DNA of 64,000 nucleotides from assembly GCA_964247055.1 (NCBI GenBank), contig OZ176052.1:1736001-1800000 (forward strand), read 5' to 3'. Both the position numbers and the translations under genes were made by a program. This DNA comes from Paragordius varius. Its lineage: Eukaryota; Animalia; Nematomorpha. Positions 48,630 to 60,629 of this stretch are shown piece by piece. Positions within the stretch are counted from its first letter, which is position 1. Each line of letters opens with the position of its first letter. Below the pieces are notes generated by a model. The model saw only the letters and a list, made by a program, of their open reading frames with translations, had not been told where the DNA came from and ran no database searches.

Positions 48630-50461
48630 CTGTAAAAAATAACCGATTGTATACTAAAAATATTTAGATGTGAGAATCGATTATAATATTTTAGTTTTAA
48701 TAAATTGTGTTTGTAAAAAATGTCATTTTGTTAAGAGTTTTTCACGTTTGATGTAATTGAAATTATTTCTTTTGTAGTAAAAAGTGCAATTATAATTGTC
48801 TATTTTTATTAATATACTGCGTGCAAACATTTTAAGCGATCATGTATCCTGATGTCTATATCCGAAATTGTATTTTGTCCTCCAATTATTTGGTTCAATC
48901 ATTTTTTGTTAAATATTTCTATTTTATTACTTCATCTTCAATTATTCTTCTACCGGATGATTTTAGCACCTATCTTCTCTGCTATTTAATCATATCACTC
49001 CTCTTTATGTAAAAGCATGGTTTTAAATTTTCAAAGATTTTATATGTATTGTCTCTGGTACTGCTAAAAAAATATTTTTCGGCTTATTTTTGTTGAAAAA
49101 AAATGGTTTGGGTTGCACATAATTAAATTTTTCCGTAAAGTAGACATAAAACGTAATCAAACGTTTGAATAGGAAATAGTTGAATAAACAAATATGGTGC
49201 TAACATTCGCATAAATTAATGAAACATAAAAACTTAAGAACAAACATTTTGTTAAAAAGACAATTATACTTTTTTATACTTTGTATCCATTAACTTTACC
49301 TACAATTTGAAATTTATGATCATAATTATTCCACCTAACAATCCTATCTAACGGCAATTTAGAAAATAAAATATGGTTGAAAAAAATAAGCATCTTTAGG
49401 TTTCACGTTTTGTCTGTAAAATTTCAATTTTTACTGTAAAAACAAAAATGGGAAAATTAAATGTTACGTTTATGAGAACTGTTACCCTGGTTTTTTCTTT
49501 TGATTGTAAAACGGTTACGAAACAGCTAATGGTTTGGGTGCAAAAACCGTCCCGATTCCAATCCCTATTGTATTTTATAATTTATACATATAATTTTATT
49601 CAACCAAATTGAGATTTTTTAGTAGTTATCGGGATGTATTTATAGCTGAGTGACTATGGCACAGAGATTGTTGGTTGCGCCGTAAATACTCACGACATTA
49701 GTTCTCTTAAGTAATTACTGTAAACTTATTTTTTGGGGTAAAAAAGTCAGTTGGCAACATTCTATACATGAATAAGAGAAATGTTTTTATTTTAAATTTA
49801 TAAAGAGATTGTTTAGTTGTGGCATGTTAAGATATTGACCGTATTTGATGAATTGATTTCTGCAGGTAAATAAATATACAGAATTTAAAAGTCAAATCAA
49901 AAATATTTCTGATATTGTGCAAAATAGGCACTTATGGCCCATTAAACCCATTAGTAAATTTCAATACCTTTTAGGTAGTTTTTAAAGCTTGTATTAGGCC
50001 AAATACAAATAGGACTTGTACTTCTGAAAAAAATTAAATTATAATAAATTTCTCATCTCAAACTTTCTCACAATCATTTTTTTCTTTAATTTTATAATCG
50101 TTAATACAAAAATGTATTATGGTTAGAAAAAGCAAATAATTTAACTTTATAAGCTTTCAGGTTACCAGTAGCGCCAAAAGCCATATATTAATTTAAATGA
50201 GCTGTTTATTTCAATCACGTTTCAAAGCTGTCCTGATTTTAGACTCTATACGGGGTGTCCAACCAAAATATCTGGCGGCTGAGACAAATTTGGTTATTTT
50301 TTATTTTTTGAGCCCAACTTTGGATCATATATTTTTTTAATAATCATTTTAACAATTTTAAAGCTCTAGTGCGTACCTCATCCCAAGAAGTAAAAAACTG
50401 TAATAAATAAAGGCTTTTTGTCTTGAACAAATGTTTGATATATAATACGAACAACTATTAA

Positions 50462-51025
50462 CACTTGGATACAACACATTCATTTTAGTCCCTCGATTCA
50501 AATTGGGGTAGTTGGATACCCCAGGCCTGTTTAAAATCTAATTTTTTAAAAAATATGCAAGGAATTGAGACCATAGCAAAATTTTGCACTTATATAACAT
50601 TAATAAACCGGAATATATAAAAAAGAATTTTTAAAAATACTTGATATTACTTATTTTAAGCTAAAACCCAAAGGTGAAAATTTAGTCAACCTGACATATG
50701 TGCAATGGCTAAATTGAAAAATAATACAAAATAAACCACTTTTTTTATTTATATCAGTGTTAGATATTAAATAAAAAATTAGCTTTAACTATACTTTGAA
50801 AAGATATTTTGCAAAAAGTTTGCAAAATAAAAATGGCGTCCAAGTAGTTTGAGATGGAGCTTTTTTTTAAAACGAAATTTTATGAAAATATTTTAGCCTA
50901 TTTATATAATTTTTATTGGGATAGAAGCATAAATTTAAATTAGGACCGTTTCCTTCAGTAGTTTTTAAAAATTTTAAATTTAATCTGGTCTGGGGTATTT
51001 AGATAACCCAAATCGAATCAAAGTG
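50462..51025. mobile_element. piggyBac-like MITE family B (564 bp)
   Basis: TTAA|CACTT ... AAGTG|TTAA; subterminal inverted TTGGG..ATACCCCAG motifs; degraded homologues at 20280-20800 and about 26330-26400. Confidence 0.78.
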
Positions 51026-51899
51026 TTAAAACAGTATTGTTTGCAAGATAATGTGGTAGAAACTCGCAAAACGTCATCGTGTTCAAAAAATTTCAAAAAT
51101 TACATAAAGCACACAACTATAAGTATTTTCTCCTGCACTATTTTTGGAGATGTTTGTTTTTGGAACTGTTTTAATTTTAACACATTAATTGGAGCATCTA
51201 GCGACTATAAAATATATATAATGATATTGTTAATATTGAAAGATACGGTTCCCATTTGAAATTAAGCTTCGAAAAAAATTTCGGAAAGTTTCCAATCATA
51301 AAACTACGACCCAATTTTTATTTTATAATTTTGTAGATGTGTGTTTGATATTTGATTCATAATAAATATCAAGCTAGTTTGGTATTTATATCATATAAAA
51401 AATAGTAGATTTTGCATTATGATCAAATTTAGCTAATGCACATGTGTCATGTGCCTAAGTTTTTATCTTCGATTTTTATATTTTTATGAGCAATGTATTA
51501 TAAGTGCAAATCTTTGCAATGATATAATTTGTTTTATATATAAATATTAGATTATAAACAGGCATTGGGTTCTCAAAGACCCTATTTTGAGTCGAAGTGC
51601 TAAGCCGTTTAAAAATATCCACTTTATTTAATAAATGAGCCTATATTTTGATTTAGCAAAAACTATTTTATAATAAACCTATAATTTATTTTGTATTCTT
51701 ACGGATTTTTATATCAAAAAATATTATTTTTTAAAAAAATTTTGCTTGCGTGTGACAATATATCATATGCTCGACTATGCATTGATCCATCATCAATTTT
51801 AAATTTTTATTTTTGGCTCAAATATGTGGTACTTATAATTCCCATTTCAAATTTCACACTAGTCTGTCTTTCCCTATTGTATTTAAAATTAATTAAACT

Positions 51900-54800
51900 A
51901 TGTGGATTTTTGGATACGGATCGCTTTTGTGGAGAACCAATTTTCCTTATGAAGAAAAACGCCATGGGTACATTACCCATTATGTGAGGAGATTTTGGCA
52001 AGCTAGTCTTGACCATAGAGGAACTTTAGATCACGTATATTTGTATTTTTATTATTTTAGCCTGGTCGAGTCGTAACACTCATTTATACCGGTCAAGAAA
52101 AGGTATTTTTTTTTATAATTTAGTAAATTATTTTCCCCAAATTTTATATATATATGCTCTCTGTTCTTCAATAAAAAAACTACATCATAATACTTTACAT
52201 AGATAGGACCGCTTTAAACTAGTTTTCAATATCTATTGGTTATAATCAATATCTATGTTATGCGTTAATACAATAAAATTATCATCATGTGTCTTTAATA
52301 CATTGGTAGCGTTTGTTAACTTTTAACCTTTGCCTCTTTACACTGATATGTGTATAACAACAATGATAATGTAAAAAATATTTTAATTAATAAAATTCTC
52401 TGTTAAAAATCAAATTATTTAGTTCAATACATTACAGATAAAGTTGAATATCTTGATTAATTTTTGTCTCCAACTAATATCAAAATATTTTTACTATCAT
52501 TTTTATCGTGTTTTGTTTGACCCCTTTTTGCGACAATTATGTGCCACAATAACATTCAACTCTATTTATTTCCTTTCCGCCCATTTATTAATTAATCTTT
52601 GACCCTATCATATAAACTGATTTGAACTGGCATAATATATTATAAAATTATAATTTGATGTATGGGTTAAAATATTTTTTATCAATAATTATTTTGACAT
52701 GCGTAAGTTTTAAATTTAAAAATAACTATTGCGCATATTGTATTGTCAAAAGCAGGTGAATTAATATTTATGTCTCAAAAATACTTTTTTTAAGAGAATA
52801 AAAAAACATAGGAATAAAGGTAAATTAACAATATTACGATTATAATTAAGAGAGAATATGAGAACAAAGATAGGATTATATTTCGTAACCTATATTCTCT
52901 CGTTTATTAAAAATTGAATTATTTTTTTGTGTGTGAAAGTTTTATGTTTTTTGATAGTTTTTAACATTATTTAGCGGTGTTTAAAATTAAATCTCAATTG
53001 TAAATGATTCAACTTTGATTTTAGATAAATTGTCTTAAACTTTTATATCGATTGATATAATTAATATCAATTGATATATATTAATTGATATGATTAATTA
53101 TATATTGATATTATTGTTATTAAAAACCTTGAATATTTAAGTTTTATAGCTAAATTAAAATTAATTACTACAATCTAAATTAATAGTTAAATTGTAGCCT
53201 TTCAACATTGTTGTCATGTTTCTTTTGTGCCAATTTTGATTGGATGGATAAATTTCTTTTTTTTGTTCGTTTTTGTATTCAATGTTTAATTTTTAATCGT
53301 AAGCTTAATGTATATTAATTTTTAAATCCGCATAAAACAAGGATATATTAATTAATACAAGGTTTAGTTTAATCTTTTTACATATGCCTCAATTTAAAAA
53401 CCATTTTAAATTATTTCAATTAACTAGTAAAAGGGGTAGTAAATTTAAGCCTTTTTAATAATCTAGTTAGTAAATATAATCACGGAAGAATGTATAAAAG
53501 TTTTTTTTCATAAACGATTGAAAATTTGGTTGTGGAATTTAAACTGAAATCGTTTTGCAGTTTTGAGCAAATAAAAAGTCTAATTTATTCATTTTTTTAC
53601 ATATGCTCTTATATTTGCTTAGGATAAAGTATGGGGGACGGCATATCGAATCTTACCGGAACATTATGAAGCTGTGATTGAATACCTTGATTTGCGTGAA
53701 CAAAATGGTTATGATAAACGACGTATTATGTTTCACCCCGTTTCTATGGCAATTTGCGACAATCAAAACTCATTGGATACGTTGAGTACAAACATAAAAC
53801 AATTGGTACAACATAAAAATAGTCCTGAACGCCTATCAGGTAGTAGCACCAATAATGAAACCGCAGAACAACTCGTATTTCTGATGGGTAATGATAATGG
53901 ATTATTAGAAGAAGAAAATGATTCTGAAATTGATGATGAAGTTTGGGAATCGGAAAGTGAAAAGAGTAAGTGTTAAATATTATTAACTATTATGTTAAGT
54001 CTCTCTGAAATAATGATATAAATCACAAAACTAAACTGAAAACACGAAATGATATGTGAAACGCTTCGTCGTCAATAGTAATCGCTCAGATTAGTTTCCT
54101 GCTTGTTAGCACTACTTAATATATTTGTACTGCTTTTTGTTTGTGACAAAATTAATATTTTTGTAATTGAATTTTGAAAAAGTAAATGTTAAAAGAGTTT
54201 TTGGACCTAAAAACAGATTTAAGTGCGATTAAATGAGAAAGAGACGTTTACTTAATATAAAATATTGGTTGATATTTGACAATATTTATAAAAAGTCTTT
54301 GAAAGCGTGTCCCGATTAGAAACTGCTATTTAACGTTCGTATATTAAACAATAAGGTAAGTAAATATTTACCATGGTCAGTTTCATCAAACCTCACGACA
54401 TATTTAATCATACACTACATTACCTTATAATAGGTTTTTTTATTTTTTTATCTGCAACAGGACTTGACGTAATTATTACATCATTAAACCGGTTTGTGGA
54501 TTATTTTTTATTTTACGGAAGCAGTTCTTTAAGTTTTTGTATTGATTGATTATTGAACCGCCTAAATACGAGTTATCAAAATTGTTTTAGAAAAAGGCTG
54601 ATGACGAAAATAATTACAAACTGTTTTAAATCAATGATAAATGATGACGACCAAAATATACTATATATTGTGCATGATTTTGATGACGTCTCTAGTTGTG
54701 CTTTAATCTCACAAATCGAAACTTTTTACATTTGTTTAGTCACACATTGTTTTTTCTATAACTTAACTAAAAGGCAAACACGATTTCTGAAATTTTATTT

Positions 54801-56858
54801 ATGATAAAGTCTAAAATAAATTATTTTTGACCAACATTTTGCGCACAAAATGAAACATAATATATAATTTTTCGAGAGGCATAATTTATCCAAATATTGT
54901 CTTAGTAGTTAGGAGGTTCATCCATTAAATATTTAATTATTTATTTTTTCTTTCATTTTTTTTATTAATTTCGTTATAGGGGCTTCGCAAAATATTTAGT
55001 TATTTTAGGAGATTAAACCATTTTTGTAACTAATTAAAATTATTTAACCGGTTTGTATAATGTCGATTATAAGAGTTTGATAAATTTTACTTTTGAGAAC
55101 CATATTAGAATAAGTCCTTAACAACTTGTTTTAAGTAAGTTTTAATCTTTTAAGGCTTGAACCGGTTTTGTTTTAGATATATGATAAATAACTCTAAAGA
55201 TTTCAAATTCCAATCCCTGATTTAATCTATCTATCTGTTTTTTTATACAACAATTTTTCAAATATATTTTACCCACAAACATATATTTTTACAGGTAATG
55301 TTCCCATTAACATCCCTCTAATAACTAATAATCCTTCTACCATTTCGCCTGACAAACGCAACTCAAACGTCTTTGATCTCGATTGCGTAGATGTCCAACC
55401 ATTTTTGGTTGAAGCTTACATAGCTGAGGAAACGAATGAACATTACCTTGGCCCGGCACCTACGGAACACATTGCGCGTCAAATTAAACTGTCCCGTGGG
55501 ATCAGTGGAACCAATCTAGAATACTTGATTAACTTGTGGAAAACGTTGAAAGTCATTACACCACCGGGTATTAAATTTGATCCGGATGATCATTTGACTG
55601 AACTCATCCGTTGTATAAGTCGTCTAAAATTTGTGGCAAACACATCAAATATCAACGAGCACTATAATAATTTGGGTAATATTTCACCCACGACTGCGAG
55701 AGCAGTTATGCAAGAAATTTTATCTTTGGAAACGAAAGAGTTTGTGCCTCAAAGTCAAATTTCTTCAAGCAATTTGTCAACAGAATCGCAAACAACCATA
55801 ATTGATAATGACAAAAAGAAGACATCAACGGAAAAAATGGAACAGAATGATATTGACAAAAACAATGGTAAGTTAACACATTGGAAACCTAAAAAACATA
55901 TATTTTGTGACATCTTGTTTAAGGAGGTTTAATTAGGAAACGATATGTTATTTGTTTATCTGATAATGTTTAATTTATGAGCCTTAAAAGTGATGCGCGT
56001 GAATGATTTCTTAATTTTAAGGATTTTTAATATGACCTTGTGTGTATGCATACACGTAATATTAAACATATTATATGTTTTGTTTTGGTAAAATACGCAT
56101 CATATGATCAAATTTTTTTGATAAGTCTGTTAACATTGTATTTGAGTTGTATTAAGAATATTATTAAGTGCTTAAGTAGAATATTAATACAATTTGTGGA
56201 ATAGTCTTTTAAATTGCTGAACGAACACTTGTCAATTTTTAATGTAGCAATTCTTTAATGGAGAATTTTTTAATACTAATTTGATTTGTTGTTAATGTGA
56301 ATGCAACCAAATTTTTATACATATGGAACTGAATATCTTTATAAAGATTAACTCTGTAACTACAAGTTGAAAGTATCCCTACTAATTTTATTAGTTAGTA
56401 ATGCATTGCATAATATCTATATTAACGGTAAAAAAACTATTTTGCCTCTAGAAAACATAAAGTCTTAAATTATATGTATTTTAAATTTATTAGCAACACC
56501 AAATATTCACACCAATCACCCCCAGAAACAACCAATAAATAATGATGTATTAACCAAGAAAGTCAATTATCCTGATTTAGATTTAACTAAAGATATTAAT
56601 AATAATATACCTAAAAATCCATATATAGAGGATTACAATTATAGTCCTGATAAAAAAATTTCACCCTTGCATTTAAATTATGTCAATGATAAAACTACTA
56701 TTTCTCCTACAACAATTAATGCAAATGATCTTGCCCAACAAAATCAAACACATACATATCCAAGTCCAATAAATTTATCATCAAATACACCCAGTGTGGT
56801 TGACATGAGTACTTCTCATGTCATATTTTCCTCACTACCTCACCAAAAAGTTAATTAA
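51900..56858 (+). CDS. CHAC2: ChaC glutathione-specific gamma-glutamylcyclotransferase (ChaC2-like), enlarged, ~485 aa
   Basis: Exons 51900-52034, 52061-52102, 53623-53965, 55295-55867, 56494-56858 (1458 nt). [62 protein letters not shown]. The last exon is less certain. Confidence 0.88.
52035..52060 (+). other. 26-nt spliceosomal intron (ChaC intron 1)
   Basis: GTATATTTGTATTTTTATTATTTTAG lies between the conserved DHRG..H and PGRVVTL motifs; retention frameshifts to a stop. Confidence 0.88.
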
Positions 56859-59145
56859 AGAAACAATATTAAGTTTTAATTTCCTTAAATAAAAAGTAAA
56901 AAACAAATATTTTTTGTATTGTCTAAACCCTGATATTTTAGGATTAAGCCTATATCATTTTGGGTCCTGGACATAGGGAATAGATGTAAATTGGTAGTAC
57001 ACACTGAATAATTTATTTTGCAATCGTAATCTTATAGGTATAGGTTAATAAAATATTAAGGTTTAAAAAGTTGACTTTCTTTATAAAAATATTTGTCTTT
57101 TACTTAAAATATTTTGCCTATCAAATTTTAATTTTTATTATATAAATCATCAATGCAACACATCATCTTTTTGGCATCATCGTCGTCTGAATGTATCGAT
57201 ATGTATGTTACTTATTATGTCATTAATTGAATTGAATCAAATTGATTAATACTATTTTTTGTTTTTTTCATATTTAATTGAAAACATTATTTTACCCAAA
57301 AAAGATTTGAACTTTATTTAAAGTAACATATCATTTTTAAATCCTAATTATACTTGTTAAATTATAATAATATATATCCATAAAATGTGGCATATCTATA
57401 TACATATATTCATAAAATGTGGCATATATATATACATATAAATATTATTCATTTAATATATTGTATGGCATCTATCCCCTAAATACTTACTAATCTCATT
57501 CAATAACATGATTGATTTAAAGTCAAATATAATAAATTTTATTTATTGAATGTTTAAATATGGTGTAAAGGTGTCAAGACGGAAAAGACACGGGTATTAA
57601 GGCTATAATATATATAAAAAAATAGGTTTTTACACGTTCTATGTAGTTAATTTAGAAAATTTCGCAGATTTTTTGGTTATAAAATGTCTTAAATGCTATG
57701 AGAGACATGTAAAAATTAAAATTACAGTTGTATTACAGTAGAAACAATGAATAGTAAGAAAATGTTTATCAAAAATTAAAACGGTCACTCAATACAAAAT
57801 AACAAGTGGTCAAGTATATTAGAGATTCGATAAAACTCATTAATCAATTAACAGTATTTATGTATACTTACATACTCATAGTGTAGATATTCAACCATTA
57901 CAATATGTCCTAATTTTTTAGTATTCTTTCTCTCGTCTGCTTTTTTAATTATTACCCTTTGTTATGTCCTGCTCAAACATTAAATTTTTATTTTCAATTA
58001 TCATATTAAAAATTTTGCTTTTTCATTTTTTGTTTCAACTGTATATGGTAAAAATAATATTATACTGACAAAATGTAAAAATACAGGGCAAATATTAAAC
58101 GCTGTACTTTTCTTTAAATTGCGAAGTTAGAAATAGATATTTATATATTTTACATTCGAAATTAAAATAATTTATATAGGAAATATTAAAATTCAAAAAG
58201 TATGGCTGTCTTTAAAAAGAAATTGTTAATACCAAATGAAAAACTACTTAGCAATAGTTAATTTTTCACCGTTAAAGGATATTTATCCTGATGACAGTGG
58301 TGGCAAAAAATGAACCCAATTATTTTAACGAAAATAATGGCCAGAATTAAACTTAAAAGGGGCATTTCAAAACATTTAATTTAAAACCGTTTATATGTTT
58401 AAATGCAACTGCCCCAAAATCGATAGAAATTTCGAATTCAATCTCAAAAACATATTTTTCATTAATGGGAGTACCAATTTTATTTTATAAAGCTGATCAT
58501 ACAATTTAGCCTTACCCGCACATCTATGGATATTAAATTTCATATTAACAGTGGAATTATTCCCCTGGCAAAACACATATAATAAAAAAATTACACCATA
58601 AAGATATATAGTTTTAAGCTTTTAAATTTCATGAGATGAAGCATAAAAATTTATACTGGTTATTAAGTGTAATATGCCGCTCATTGAACAATAATTATAA
58701 AAACATATTGTTTTTTTAATCAAAATTAGTCAAAGTTTAAAATTTTCCAAATATGCCATCCGTATATAAAAATTTTTTAAATATTTACAATTAATTATCA
58801 TGCAAATACCAAGTTAAGCACAACCGGATTTTTTTAAAATATACCTATAAAGTTTAAAAAAATAAAAGCTTTTGGACGCTATGTAAAATTTTATTGATAC
58901 TTTCTATATTATAACTTCTAAATAAATCATTGAATTTATGAGTGTTGTGTAATGATAGCTGGACATAATTGCTTGTGGGAATTTGGCATATATGGTTTAC
59001 TTCATTGTTATCCGCTTCAATCCACTCTCATAGCTTCGATTAAACACTTTCATCGGACTATGTAAAAAAATATGATATAAAAATATATTTCTTAGTTCAA
59101 TGTTGAAATGGCTTATGTTTATTTCGATAAAATATGAGATATACA

Positions 59146-59374
59146 TACCATTTACAGTTTAACTAAAAATAGATTGTGTTTTTTAAGATTTAAAACTACT
59201 CATATTTTTATATATTTAAAAAAATTGAGAAATTTATATAATACTGAAAAAATAATAAACTATGCCATAAAGGTATATTTCATATTCATGCTGATATCTC
59301 AACCCAAACACATTAAATTTATTTTTGGGTGAATTTGAATTGTTTAAGAGTGAATTTGAAGTGTAAATGGGATA
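59146..59374. mobile_element. MITE family A copy (intergenic)
   Basis: TACCATTTACAGTT ... GAGTGAATTTGAAGTGTAAATGG; internal sequence matches other copies. Confidence 0.75.
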
Positions 59375-60629
59375 CAAGCGCATTAATTTATCCCAACACA
59401 TTTAAAATTGTTTATCTATAAATGTTAGAACTAAATCCGATTTTGAATATTTAAAACTTATCCATCTCATTATTTGTGAGATAATTATTGTAGAAGACTT
59501 TTAATTTTATCTAATTTTAACTGGAATACCTATATACTTTTAAGTGGATTGAGTTTTTTTAAAAAATTTACAATGAAGTGCTTATCATAACTTGCAATGA
59601 AAAAGAGTGTCACATTTATTTCATAATCAGCCAAGGTTTCTCGGAAAGTTGTCTTTGGAATTTGTGAGAAACCATATGGACCAATCTTCCGTAGTAAGGG
59701 AAAACAAACATGATCTATTATTGATCGTCACCTTATTTTTGCAAATTATTAGATTAACTATATATATTATAATCGAAAAAACGCTAAAAAAATTTTTTAA
59801 ATCTAAATGAGCAATGTTTTCATTAAAACAGAGTATTTTTAGGCAAACTCCACTGATTTTTAACAAAAATATTATTGCAACCTCAACTGGTTCTGGGATC
59901 CCAGGCACATAAAAAACTCGGTAAGTTTTAACATGGAAAAACCGCTAACCATTTTCACTTCGATCCGTATTCCACACCAAAAAGGGGGAAGTCAAATATA
60001 TTTGTGGATCTTATTAAAATACAATATGACAAAATTAAAAATATAAAACATTTTTTTTAAAAATTACATTTTTAGTTTTGGATTTTTCTCTACAAAAACT
60101 AACTTATAATTTTAAAATACCAATCCCCAGTCAAAAAGGATATAATTGAATAAATTAAGTTTTAGACATATGGTTGGCTTTTGTAAAATATATTTGCCTT
60201 TATTTAACGATTTGTATGTATATTATCAATTTTAACTGGTTAAAATACAATGCTTTATTACTTAACAGGTAACAGTTTACATTAAAAATTACTTTAATGG
60301 ACATTTTTGAAAATATTAATTTTAACCATCAATGAATAAGAAGGATAACCGTAAAAAAAATTAAAAACTGCTTTTTTTATGCAGACAAAAAAAGTTAATT
60401 TATTTCGCCGATTAGCCAAATCTAAATATTGGCCATTATTTTTATATAATCAATACACTTCTAAATGACCTTATAGTGTTTAATAATTCAATACCACTAA
60501 AATATTTAAAAACTTATAAGTTTTATATCAGACATTAATTAAAACTAAACCAAGTCCTATATATTTATGTTTTTTAAACATTTTGATAAAAACATAAGTT
60601 TATCACCTACGCACTGAAACGACTGAGAA

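Noticed and set aside
57375-57440. Two-copy ~34-bp tandem duplication (similar case at 23120-23190)
   Set aside because: Simple local slippage in AT-rich intergenic DNA; no further structure.
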